The notes below the pieces were generated by a model. It was not told where the DNA came from. It did no database searches and was given only the letters and a program-made list of their open reading frames with translations. A program made the translations under genes and the position numbers. 64,000 bases of DNA from assembly GCF_038025025.1 (NCBI RefSeq), contig NW_027117347.1, forward strand, positions 124,001 through 188,000. Reading direction: 5' to 3'. This document shows positions 1 to 12,687 of this stretch, one piece after another. The first letter of the stretch is position 1. Every line of letters starts with the position of its first letter. This DNA comes from Phyllosticta citribraziliensis (lineage: Eukaryota).

Positions 1-414
1 GAGGCCGAGGATATTTTCTGGTAGAGACACGGTATGCCTAGGGGGGCACGGCTGACGGGTTCCAGCAGCGACAGAGTGGAAACGGTGTTTTCGGCCTTGC
101 CATTGACGGCGACGAGGGTTCCACGGCGGGTGTAGAGGTTTTGAGAGGCGGAGAGAGAGACGGAGAGGAGCGAGTACGGGGCGCCGAGGACTTCGAACCG
201 AGCATCTGATTGTTCAGTATAGCAATTGAGGGGAGAAGGAAGACATACCCAATGTTGACTCTGCAGGCGAAACATCTTGGTCAAGGTTGGGCGAGGTCGT
301 CGACGGGGTCGCGCTAATGTGGATTTGGCGCTGTACGAGAGGAGAAGTGCGCGCCCAGCATGAGCGGCAGAGAGACCTTGAGCTCAGAGCTGAGCTTTGG
401 CGGAGCGGGCGCAT
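1..414 (-). CDS. AIM24: AIM24-family mitochondrial biogenesis protein (5' part; runs off window)
   Basis: ATG at 414 gives an Arg/Ser-rich presequence ([19 protein letters not shown]). After an intron (~207-248) the frame reads [50 protein letters not shown], which I recognise as fungal Aim24. Confidence 0.75.
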
Positions 415-665
415 GATGCAGATGAGGCGAGCTCGAAAGCTGGACGATGTCGAAATGATGCCGCGGCGGCTGACGGAGAGAAACACCGGCCCGACGCCAA
501 GCCCGACGCCAAGCGCGGCACTCTCACGGCATTGCGTGCGACTTGCACCATTGCCATCACCACTCGTCTCTCTTCTTCAATCACCTTCAATCCACTCCTC
601 CGCCTCTCCACCTCTCCACCTCATCGCTTGAGACATGGGGCAGCCGCTGTCGTAAGCTGAACAAA

Positions 666-2918
666 ATGCTGACGCGACAGCTGCTGAAAAGTGCCTGCGC
701 CCCGCGATGCTCCCCAACTCTCCTGGCAGCGCGCCACTCGCCCTTGGTCCGCTACGCTCAACCGAACCGCATCTTTGCAACCTCCCGCCCCCGCAAGGAT
801 GACACAAAGACAGGCCAGGCTGAAAAGGGCGTCACAGGGACCGTAAAGGCGAAACCCCATGACCCCCTGGCAGAAAAGACTGTCAGCAACAAGGAACAGC
901 GCAAAGCCGACTGGGCCATTATGAAGGAAATGTCAAGATATTTATGGCCAAAGGTGGGCAGCCAGCTGCATGTCTGAACAGAATTGACTCTGAAAGGACT
1001 CTCTCGACACAAGAGTACGGGTCGGCCTGTCTGTAGGCCTCCTGGTTGGCGCCAAGGTATTCATGTCATCCTACCATATATAGTCGTGCTCATAAACCCA
1101 GGTTCTCAATGTGCAAGTTCCTTTTTACTTCAAGAGCATTGTGGACTCTATGAACATTGACTTTTTGGCCGTGGGCGGCACTGCCTGGACGGTTGCCGGC
1201 TCTCTGATTGTCGCTTGTAAGCATCCGCCTGAATTAGAAAAACCCAACTAAGAAGAAAGATGGCGTCACCAGGATGGGATCCACCATGTTCCAAGAACTT
1301 CGCAACGCCGTCTTTGCCAGTGTGGCACAAAAAGCCATTCGACGCGTCGCATGCAGCGTCTACGAGCATTTGCTCAAATTGGATCTCAACTTTCATCTTT
1401 CCCGCCAGACCGGAGGCTTGACGCGCGCCATTGACCGCGGTACCAAGGGAATCAGTTTCTTGTTAACTTCCATGGTCTTTCACGTCCTTCCTACAGCACT
1501 CGAGATATCCCTTGTTTGTGGCATTCTTGTACGTCATTCCGGCTCTTTCTCCTCGCCTGCTAACCAGCCAGACATATCAATATGGCGCACAATTTGCATT
1601 CATCACGGCCGCGACAATGGTCGCATACACCGCCTTCACAATCACCACCACTTCATGGCGAACCAAATTCCGCAAGCAGGCCAACGCTGCCGACAACAGG
1701 GCTGCCACGGTCGCCGTCGACTCGCTCATCAACTACGAAGCCGTCAAGTACTTCAACAATGAAAAGTTTGAAGTCGCGCGGTACGACAAGGCCCTCAAGT
1801 CTTACGAGAATGCCTCCATCAAGGTTGCGACATCGCTCGCCTTTCTCAACTCTGGCCAGAACATGATTTTCAGCACTGCCCTCACGGCCATGATGTACCT
1901 GGCAGCCAACGGTGTGGCTGCGGGCTCGCTCACAGTCGGCGACTTGGTCATGGTCAACCAGCTCGTTTTCCAATTGTCTGTCCCCCTCAACTTCCTCGGC
2001 TCCGTCTACCGCGAATTGCGCCAGTCCCTGCTCGATATGGAGACGCTCTTCAACCTGCAAAAGGTCAACATTGCCGTCAGGGACAAGCCCAACGCGCCCG
2101 CTCTCGACCTGCACAAGGGCGGCGAGATTCGCTTCGAAAATGTCACGTTTGGCTACCGCCCCGACCGCCCCATCCTCGACAACATCTCCTTTACGATTCC
2201 CGCCGGAAAGAAGGTGTCGATTGTCGGACCAAGCGGCTGCGGCAAGAGCACCATCCTGAGACTCTTGTTCCGCTACTACGACGTCCAGTCTGGTAGGATC
2301 CTCATCGATGGCCAGGACATTCGCGACGTCAGCCAGGAGTCTCTGCGCAAGGCCATCGGTGTGGTTCCCCAGGACACGCCGCTCTTCAACAACACGATTG
2401 GCCACAATCTTCGCTACGGCAACTTGGAGGCGGGCGAGGAGGACGTCAAGGCCGCCGCGAAGAGGGCCAAGATACACGACATTGTCTCGTCATGGCCCGA
2501 CGGCTACGACACGATGGTCGGCGAGCGCGGCATGATGATATCGGGTAAGAATCTTTACCCTCCGTGAATCGACTAACACCCCGCAGGAGGCGAAAAGCAA
2601 CGCCTCGCCGTCTCGCGTCTCCTCCTCAAAGACCCGCCGCTCCTCTTCTTCGACGAAGCCACGTCGGCGCTGGACACGCACACGGAGCAGGGGCTGCTGC
2701 AAAACATCAACTCGATCCTCAAGGAGAAGAAGCGCACGTCCGTCTTCGTCGCACACCGGCTGCGCACCATTTACGACTCGGACCTGATCATCGTGCTGCG
2801 GGACGGGCATGTAGCGGAGCAGGGCACGCACGAGCGGCTGATCGATACGGGTGGGCTGTATGGCGAGCTGTGGAGTGCGCAGGAGACGCTTTTTGTCGAC
2901 GACAAGGAGAAGGATTAG
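666..2918 (+). CDS. ATM1: Mitochondrial ABC half-transporter (Fe-S cluster export), multi-exon
   Basis: Presequence, then [37 protein letters not shown], Walker A GPSGCGKS, signature ISGGEKQR (across the last intron) and Walker [13 protein letters not shown]. Five GT-AG introns; stop TAG at 2916-2918. Confidence 0.95.
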
Positions 2919-3385
2919 AGGTGTGATTAGATTTGGGCTCACAGCCGAATTGATTTGAATCCTATGCCGTAGTAGAGACTGACAGGGAGTATTCAAGTGT
3001 TGAGGTTGTATGCCATACATGTCACCGCCTGGGTCAGCTGTCATCATGAGTTCGGTCCACCAATCCCTGTCCTGGCCCGAGTTTCCTGATTCGTTTAGCC
3101 GCCCTCGGCTTTGGCCTAGCGTGCCTGGTGACGCGGGGTTGATCCGGACCTCACTCCCATCGTCAACTCTTAACGTCCATCGACTCGAAAGCAGTGTTTG
3201 ACATTAATGACGGCGGATACGTTTGAGACTGCAAGATTCAACTGGTCAGCTTCCAAAGATTCAAATATTGAGTCTGGCCGACGTTGGCTATCATCACGAC
3301 TCACCTCAGCTCGCATTCATCCCAGCCTCTCCGCCTCTCCACTGCATCAAACCATAACCTCAGAATCCGAATAGCTGTCTCTACC

Positions 3386-4368
3386 ATGGATACTCCAACC
3401 CAACACATCACCACCTCCCCCGGCACAACCCTCGCCTACCGCCAGCTCCCCGCTCTCTCTCCCTCTCACAACCTACCCCTCGTCCTCATCATGCACTTCC
3501 GCGGCACGCTCTCCCACTGGGACCCAACCCTCCTCTCCCACCTACGCACTCACCGCCCACTCATCCTCCTCGACAACGCCGGCATCGGCAGCTCAACAGG
3601 CGTCGTCCCACTCACCTTTTCCTCATGGGCCGCGCACGTGCTCGACCTCCTCATCGCGCTAGGCCACGCCTCAGGAGTCGACGTGCTCGGCTTCAGCATG
3701 GGCGGCTGCGCAGCGCAGATGGTCGCGCTGAATGCCGCGGCGCGCGGCGTGCGTGTGCGGCGCGTCGTGCTGGCGGGGACGACGGCGAGCGCGGGGCCGG
3801 GCATCAAGGTGCTGCGGAGCGAGCAGGAGCTGGGCCCATTCATGCGGCTGCGGTTTGCGGCGAGCGAGGAGGAGCAGCGCGCGGCGTTCTTGGAGTGTTT
3901 CTTCCAGCCGGGGGAGGCGGGGCGGCGCGCTGGCGGAGAGGTGTGGGAGCGGATATGCCGGGGGCGCGAGGACGGGAGGGCTGATGGAGGGCGCGCGCAG
4001 TACGTGGGCCAGGAGGCCGCGAAACGGCAGGCGATTGCGTATGCGCGGTTCATGGACGAGGCGGAAAGGGGCCAGGGGTCATTTGACCGGCTGGGCGAGT
4101 TGACAATGCCGGTCTTGGTTGCGAATGGTGAGTTTGGACACCTCTGCATGTGCCATGGTTGACGTTCTGCGTGACAGGGAGCGACGACGTCCTCATTCCG
4201 ACGGAAAACAGCGTCGTTTTGTGGAGGAATCTGGTCAATTCGAAGGCGCATCTGCATCTGTTTCCCGATTCTGGCCACGGTTTTCTGTATCAGTACGCGG
4301 AGATGTTTGCGCGGCTTGTTCATGACTTTTTGGATGCGCCGGACGTGGAGAGGGGGAGTCGGTTGTAG
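3386..4368 (+). CDS. Alpha/beta hydrolase
   Basis: MHFRGT oxyanion region, LDNAGIGSS, nucleophile elbow GFSMGG and catalytic His in FPDSGHGFLYQ. One intron (4128-4177). Ends in -SRL. Confidence 0.9.
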
Positions 4369-4982
4369 GTTTTGTCGTTTGAAGCCCCGGAAAGGATGCT
4401 AGCGCCGCGGGGATTCTTGGCTGATGTATCAATGCCAATACTGAGTGGGGTCTTGATACTGATCAGTCTCGCTGCTGCCATCAAATTCAAGAGGCAACGC
4501 ATGTGCCGAGTCGTGTTTGGTTCAGAAGAATTTGTCCTGGACTGCTTGTGTCGCTTGACGTCCAATCGACCACTGCGTTCTGACTGGCAACTGCACGCAA
4601 ACCTGGGTCCCGCATATAACAGGAGACGGTTCGCACTTGATGGACTCAGACGAGGTGGGAAGTGGAGCATCCAGGCTGCTCGGACTTGAGGATGGTGTAA
4701 GTGGTGACCCTCTTAAGACTTGTCAAGTTTGTGTCCTGATCAAAGTTAACACTTTCCCGTCCTAAGCCGGAACAGTCTTGTCGTGCCGGCGTCAAAGCTG
4801 CCACCGACAATGTGAAAGTACCAAAACGGATGGCGTGTGAATGCAAAGTGAACAGAGTTGGATAGCGGCCACACAGATATAGTCGTCTTCTTGCTCCACG
4901 CAACCTCCTCTCCACAACACTCTCCGGCGGTCGACCTACCTTGCCACCAACACTCGAAAGTACCCCTTATATACGCCTCAAG

Positions 4983-6129
4983 ATGTCTTCTTCGACTTCG
5001 TCTGCACAGACGCCCTCCTCCGGTGAGCTCATTCAGCTGGCGCAAGCTGGCGCGAACTACCGCCTCGCAAACTTGGACATCGGTGAAGACGTCCATCTCT
5101 TGGTTTCGCCAGAGTGCAACCCCAAGAATCACTCCAAAGGCATCATCACAACCCAGTCAGGCAGCGTCTTCCCTTTCGAACTGGGCCGAAACGCGCCTGC
5201 GGATGGCTCTTCTAGTGCGGTTGAGGGTACAACCGATCAAGGTAAGCAACATTCTCGCAAACACTGACGATTTGCTGACCTCGATTAGGAACAACACTCG
5301 CACGTACGACTGGCAACGCCGACACCGACAGCCGCAATGCAAACTCCAGTGTATATGCACTCTATGCCCAGACGGTGACGTCTTTGGCGACCGGAAGCCC
5401 GTTGCTTCTGTATTTCTCACCCGGGGGTTTCAATCTTGCCTCCGCCGGGTTCACTGTGACCCTGGGCCGGACCGTAAGTTCTCCATGCTCTTTGCCATCC
5501 AATCGCTGACGCAGGCGCTCAAGACTCCAAACCCATTTCGCCGAAAAAGGCCTGCCGTCGTCTCCTTCGCCGACCTTCCCGGAGAGATAAAGAACATGGT
5601 TTACGACTACAGCCTGGTGCCATACGACGATGATAGTCTGTTCATCAAGCCGTCGCCGAGGAACCGTAGGCTCGAAATGATCATGCCTGGAGGCCGACCA
5701 ATCGCACGCAACCTGCTGTGCGTCAACAAGCAGATCCATCGGGAGGCAGCACCATTCCTTTATTCCAAGAACAAGTTCGAGTTCATGTCAATGAGGGCGG
5801 TCTACCTCTTCATGAGGGAGATCGGGGCAACGAATAGAGCCATGGTCAGACACATCATCATCCAGCCGAGCTGGACGCCGACCGGGCTCACCGACGTCCC
5901 AGGCTTTGACTCGCTCGTCGGTGCCACTCGACTAGAGACTTTGACGTTCTCCATGCGCTACACAAGCACAAATGCGAAAAGGTCCCTTCTGCGCGCAGCG
6001 AGGTTCTGGTTTGAGGAGGTGGCCAGGAAAAGGGGCTCCAAGTCGGCCGCAGTTGACTTGATCCGGATCAAGAACCAGTCAGCCGATTTCCTGGACGAAA
6101 TGAGGCAGTTTTTGGAGGAGAACCTGTAG
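4983..6129 (+). CDS. Hypothetical protein with F-box-like (LPxEIKNMVY) motif
   Basis: Three exons join in frame through introns 5242-5288 and 5474-5514. SFADLPGEIKNMVYDYSL...LLCVNKQIHREAAPFLYSKNKFEF is typical of fungal F-box-like/2EXR-like orphans. Confidence 0.7.
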
Positions 6130-6789
6130 CTGAAAGTCATTGTGCCTGGGGTATTGGAGTCCTTGCATTGGCGTATGTACTTTGGAGTTTCAGGAAAGGC
6201 TTTGGGCGATGTTGGGTTCCAGGACAGTTCATCGATGTGGGACAAGAGCTGTGGTCAACATTGAAAGTCCGTATTGACTGCAGAATAGCCAACAACGATT
6301 AGATTTTCCTCTTGGCTCTTTAACCCAAGTCGTGGTGATTCGATTGCACTTGCTCTTGCGAAAGCAGGTCTCGAGAGGTATGGCGGCGCTCCGATTGTTC
6401 GAACAGATGATGCTCGCTGCTGTCACGCGTGGTTTTGAGGGTCGACTCCCCTCAGCTTCAGTACCGGGAATTGCCATCTCTTTTGACACCACCGTGTTGA
6501 AACCTCTCTCAAACGACCTGGGAAACGTGACAATGGCCAGTGTAGCGTGGTGAGAGGCAGTCGTGGTGAGGGGACAGGTGAGGTTGTTTCTCGGAGTTGT
6601 TCGGAGATGACGAAAGACGCCAAGACTGCACGTGATTTGGCGTCGGGCTGACTCAGCCGCCGGCGCCCGACGCGTCCACGCAGCCACAACAACGCGTTCC
6701 TTCACCACCATCCCCCATCGCCACCTCAGCTTCTCAATCCCGCGTCTTTCGTTCGAGCGTCGTCTGCTACATCACTTTGCTGTCCTTCA

Positions 6790-9358
6790 ATGTACGTCTC
6801 TCCGCACTTCAATCTACGTCCACGCAAGGCACGGTGGAACTAACGGACCAGGTATCGCTCGCGCACCGCCCCCGACGAGAATGCAACTCCAGCAGCGAAG
6901 AAAGTCTCAACCCTCTACGGTGGAACACCCCAATCCGTCGATCGACTCGTCAGACCCTTCAAATGCCCAGGCTCCGCAACACCGACACGCGTCTCCGAAA
7001 AGCCGTCGAGAAAACGAAGAAAGGTAGACTACAAGGGCGCGGACGGCGATGCGGAGGATGGCGACAAGCCGTACACCAACGATGATCGCCTCGCCCTCGC
7101 CACCCGCGACGTCAATCGATTCCCAGTCTTCAAAGTCAAGGACAAGGATACGGCGTTCAGGCAGAGGTTCGCGGTCCCGCTGTTGAACAAGGACACGGGG
7201 TACAATGCAAACAGACCAGCGCCTCTGCTGGGAATGAGGCAGGGTACAGTCTTTGTTGCAAAGCCGCTGCATGACCCCAGCGGAGAGTTCGCAATCGTCT
7301 TGTACGATCCCACGGTCGATGACAAGCCGCCACCCACCGAACAGAACGAGGCGGAATCCAAGGAGGAACCCCCAAAGATTGAAGGCCCCATCGCTCACAA
7401 GAGCTTGGCGGAGATATTGGGTTTGAAGAAGAAGGTCGAAGGACGACCGAGGGTGCCGGTGGTCATTGATCCACGACTCACCAAAGTCCTCCGGCCACAT
7501 CAGGTCGAGGGTGTCAAGGTAAGCCTCCTGACTTGCATGTGAGCACAATCTGACTTTTCAGTTTTTGTATCGGTGTACGACTGGCCTCGTCGACGCACAG
7601 GCACACGGCTGCATCATGGCAGATGAAATGGGTCTCGGCAAGACACTCCAGTGCATCGCCTTGATGTGGACCCTCCTCAAGCAGTCTCCCGATGCGGGCA
7701 AATCTACCATCCAGAAAGCCGTCATCGCATGTCCCTCCAGCTTGGTGAAGAATTGGGCAAACGAGCTAGGTAGGTCTTACGCCTTGACGATGACGTCGCT
7801 GACAACCACAGTAAAATGGCTCGGAAAGGACGCCATCGTGCCGTTCGCAGTCGATGGCAAGGCCACAAAGGAGGAGCTCATCCAGCAACTGCGCCAATGG
7901 GCCATTGCCAGCGGAAGAGCAGTCATCCGACCGGTTCTCATCGTGTCCTACGAGACTCTTCGCGCTTATGTCGATGAACTCAAAAACACTCCCATCGGTC
8001 TTTTACTTTGCGATGAAGGGCACAGGTTGAAAAACGACGAGAGTCAGACCTTTACTGCCCTGCACAGCCTGAACGTCACCCGCCGAGTGATTCTCTCTGG
8101 AACCCCAATCCAAAACGACCTGTCAGAGTACTTTGCTCTGCTCAACTTTGCCAACCCTGGCTACCTTGGAACGAAGAACGACTTTAGAAAGAAGTTTGAG
8201 ATTCCAATTCTTCGCGGCCGAGATGCAGACGGCACAGTGGAAGACCGCAAGAAAGGAGACGAACGCCTCTCGGAGCTTCTCACGCTCGTCAACAAGTTCA
8301 TCATCCGCAGGACCAACGACATTCTGTCCAAGTACCTACCCCGAAAGTACGAGCACGTCGTGTTTTGTCACCTCGCGCCATTCCAAAAGGATCTTTACAA
8401 CCTCTTCATCAAATCGCCCGAAATCCAGCAGCTGCTTCGCGGTAAAGGAAGTCAACCGCTCAAGGCAATCAACATTCTCAAAAAGCTCTGCAACCACCCA
8501 GACCTCTTGGAGCTTCCTTCAGACTTGCCAGGCTCGGAAGAATGCTACCCAGCCGATTTCGTTCCCAAGGATTCTCGCGGACGCGATCGTGACGTCAAGT
8601 CGTGGTATTCAGGCAAGATGGTCGTACTTGACCGCATGCTCGCTCGCATTCGACAGGATACAAACGACAAGATTGTGCTCATCAGCAACTACACCCAGAC
8701 ACTCGACGTGTTTGAGAAGCTGTGCAGGGCAAGAAGCTACGGCTCTCTCCGTCTCGACGGCACGATGAATGTCAACAAGCGACAGAAGCTGGTCGACAAG
8801 TTTAACGATCCAGAAGGCTCCGAGTTTGTCTTCCTCCTCAGCAGCAAGGCTGGTGGTTGTGGTATCAACTTGATTGGCGCCAACCGCCTCGTCCTCTTTG
8901 ATCCAGACTGGAATCCAGCGGCCGATCAACAGGCCCTCGCTCGTGTCTGGCGTGACGGACAAAAGAAGGACTGCTTCGTCTATCGCTTCATTGCCACTGG
9001 CACGATTGAAGAAAAGATTTTCCAGCGACAGTCCCACAAGCAATCCCTCTCGTCCTGCGTCGTCGACTCTGCCGAAGACGTTGAACGACACTTTTCCCTC
9101 GACAGCTTGCGAGAGTTGTTCCAGTACCGTCCGGATACCACGAGTGACACGCACGCCACTTTCAAATGCAAGCGGTGCAAACCTGATGGACGCCAGCATA
9201 TCAAAGCACCGGCGATGCTTTATGGCGACACGAGTACGTGGAACCACTTCATCAATGACGGCGGGGAGGGTCCGTTGGCAAAGATCCAGGACCTATTGCT
9301 TAGACAGGAGACGGCGGAGAAGGATGTTAGCGCCGTGTTCCAGTACATTAGCCATTGA
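6790..9358 (+). CDS. RAD54: SNF2-family DNA translocase Rad54
   Basis: LRPHQVEGVKF, GCIMADEMGLGKT, LCDEGHRLKN, LSGTPIQNDL, LLSSKAGGCGINL and QALARVWRDGQKK. Introns at 6792-6851, 7519-7561 and 7770-7811. Confidence 0.96.
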
Positions 9359-10401
9359 GTTCGGTGGTCACCGTTGGAGTTTTGGCGTTTTGCTGGTTCG
9401 CATGGCGTGGCGACGTCTTTTGGTCTTGAATGAATGTCTGAATTCGCTGCGCGTTACCGGGGCTTGCTCCAAACACTTGACGTCTTGGGATGAACTCTGA
9501 TCGTGGCGGTCGCATCGAATTTCAGGCAAGTCTTCTTGAATCCAAGTCAGAACTAATCTCGGCGCTTGACCAGCAGACGAGCTGCGGTCCGAAGACATCG
9601 CAGCACCAAAGCCAAGAAAAAGAAACTTTGAGCTTGATTTAAAGCTTATGTCGACGTGTCGCGCCGACGGCAATTTTCCAGGACCAGGACTGGCAATGTT
9701 TTTCCTTCGTCGATTATGCATCTCCGCATCTCCAATCCAGGCAAACTCGGTCAACAGCAATTTGCCGAAACAATGACCGACAGGAGTGCGCCAAGTTCCA
9801 GAACGACGCGCAATCGCAGAAGCAATGTGTCCCAAAGCGAGTTTGGTTGCGGCAATAAACGACTGCTTCTAGGCACCACTACAGTGGGAATGCTCCTTAG
9901 ATACACTGCCAGGATGTCTCGTTTCTTTCCCATTTTGCCGCCTTCTACGCTGTGCTCGGAGCCAACATGTCAGACACCATGAACGACGCCTACCACACCA
10001 AAATGGCGACATGCCTGGTCTCAAGCACATCCACCTATCGCGCCGCATAACTACCAGGTACAGGTACTGCACGAGCAGGTACAGCCGCCACCAGCTAAGC
10101 GCCCAACGCAATCCCACCAATGGCTGCTCGGTTCAAAGATAACGTTCTCACCAAAACGTGTCGGCCCGCCCTTGGCACGCCTGCGGCCTTCCCAAAGCTT
10201 CGCCTCCGCCGCTGTGATAGCCTCCGCTGGCTTGGCAAGACTTGGCTACTGAGAAGAGTGCCACCTTCCTGGAACGGAGTGGCATGGTGACTGCGGGCAG
10301 CGGTCGTGCGAGGATGACGCCTACCGGCTTGGTGGAACGAGAGACGAAGGTACTTATATCGCAAGCAGTGCAAGTCGTTGGGTCCCAGGAATACCTTCAA
10401 A

Positions 10402-12013
10402 ATGGCTTCGCACATCGTCAGCCTCATTGCTATTTTGGCGGTCTGCGCTCATGGCTCTCCTAGCCGGCACTCGACATTGCGGCGACAGGACAATGGCACA
10501 CTGGTAGATTCGGTGCGCATCTCCCTTCCCAATGTTGTATGCACTAACTCTTTTCAGTCAAGCCTTCAAGCAGCAATCAAGATTGACGCGCTGCTTGAAA
10601 AGTCCCAAGACCTGCAAGACATTGCCTACGCAACTCCAGGCCGCAACCGCGTCTTTGGCAGCCAGGGCCACAACGACACCGTGGCGTACATTGTTGAGCT
10701 GCTCTCGACGCCGCCGTTTGATGACTACTACGACGTCTCGACGCAGCCTTTTTCAGCCGAGTACAGCGCTGGTAATGCCAGCCTGACCGTCGACGGTGCA
10801 GACCAAGGTGCAAGCCTCATGACGTACAGCCCCAGCGGCACAGCCAGCGCACCCATTGTACAAGTCTCGAATCTCGGCTGTTCTGCCTCCGACTTCCCAA
10901 GCAACGTGTCTGGCGCCATTGCTTTGATCGAGCGCGGCACTTGCGAGTTTGGTCTCAAAGCGGCCTACGCGGGCGCTGCTGGCGCTGTGGGAGCAGTCAT
11001 TTACAACAACGCCGAAGGTAGCCTGTCTGGCACTCTTGGCTCGGTCACGCGGCCCGAGGGAGCATACCCACCGACCGTGGGCATCGATTTGGAACAAGGC
11101 CAGGCGTTGATAGAGCTACTAGCAGGCGGAGAGATTGTGGGGGATCTGGAAGTGGTGTCGATCATTGAGAATCGGACAACGTGAGTTGGAAGCAGATCGA
11201 GGCTGTTGATTTGACTGACGAACCAGCTACAACGTCATTGCGCAGACCAAAGGCGGCGACGCCAGCAACGTCCTCATGCTAGGCGGACATTCCGACTCGG
11301 TCGAGGCAGGCCCTGGCATCAATGACGACGGCTCAGGCAGCATTGGAATCCTCGAGGTGGCGCTGCAGCTGGCCCAATTCAGCGTCAAAAATGCAGTGCG
11401 CTTCGCGTGGTGGTCCGCAGAAGAGTTTGGCCTGCTCGGCTCCGAACACTACGTCGCTTCGGCGTCGGCAGACGTGTTGAGCAAGATTCGGCTATACCTC
11501 AACTTTGACATGATTGCGTCGCCCAACTTCATCTACGCCATCTACGACGGCGACGGATCTGCATTCAACATTTCTGGGCCAGCCGGATCCGCAGAAGCTG
11601 AGGCGTTGTTCGAGAAGTATTTCAAGGACAAGGGTCTCCCGTCGCAAGCAACCGAGTTTGACGGCCGGTCTGACTACGGACCTTTTCTCGACGCGGGCAT
11701 CCCAGCTGGTGGCCTCTTCACCGGAGCAGAGCAAATAAAGACGGCCGAAGAAGCAATCAAGTACGGTGGACAGGCCGGCGTTGCGACTGATGCCAACTAC
11801 CACGCGGCGGGCGACACGACGGACAATTTGAATGCCACGGCCTTTTTGGTCAACGCGCAGGGCATCGCTCATGCCGTCGCCACTTACGGCCGCTCGTTTG
11901 ACAGCCTGCCGGCTCGCAATTCGACGGCAAAGACCAAGCTGGCTAGAAGCCCGGTGCTCTCGCAGAAGCGGATGAAGGAACGAATGCTCCCGCACGCGTA
12001 TCTGCGAGCATGA
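10402..12013 (+). CDS. Secreted M28 aminopeptidase with PA domain (aminopeptidase Y-like)
   Basis: Signal peptide, PA domain IALIERGTCEFGLKA, and Zn-binding motifs GGHSDSV, GINDDGSG, WWSAEEFGLLGS, LNFDMIAS, RSDYGPF and NYH. Two introns. Confidence 0.93.
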
Positions 12014-12461
12014 ATGCTCGTATCGCCGGGTGGTTCAGGAGGTTGACCGACGACAAGCGAGCTCTGGAGTGAAGGCAAAGGGGCAGCTCTGGTGTAGCGA
12101 GCAGGCTAGTCCAGGCTCTGGTTGGAGGACGGCTGGAGAGTGCCGAGTGCTGGAGGCGACGCTGGAGGCGACCAGTCGCGTGCAAGACGATGATATGGGG
12201 TTGTGTGTTTGGTGCATGAAAAGTGCCACAGGGGGCCGCGCACGAGCCGCCGTTCTGGCCGGGCGCATCGCTTGCGAGAAGACAACACCATACTTGAAAC
12301 TTGACGATGGGCCTCCTCGCGTGCTCGGCCAATCTAGACGCATCGTCCACCACCCCGTTTTCGACCGCGTTTCGTTTCACTGACCGAGATGACGAGGGCG
12401 ACGTCTGCCCGGCGCTGAGAAATCATGCGCCGCCCATTGCTCCGTCCAAACCACTCAGTTG

Positions 12462-12468
12462 TATATAG
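12462..12468 (+). promoter_or_regulatory. Putative TATA box of the CDH gene
   Basis: TATATAG about 220 nt upstream of ATG 12688, followed by a pyrimidine-rich leader. Confidence 0.3.
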
Positions 12469-12687
12469 GTGCCCTGCTGTCCATCATGTCTTTCTTCGTC
12501 CAACGCGCAGAGCTGCCAGCAGCACCGCTTTCCTTCAGTCATTCTTTTGGCCTTGACGGCATCAATCTTTCCGTCGGCTGTTCACTCTTTTGGCCTGGTG
12601 CCAGTACCATTGCCTTCTCTACGTCTTCTACCGTCCTTGACCGTCCTTGACCACTTCTCCACTTCCTACCGTCCTTCATTCGATATC

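Noticed and set aside
4858..5514. N-terminal half of the 423-aa ORF
   Set aside because: Runs through two clear introns; the real 5' exons are in other frames.
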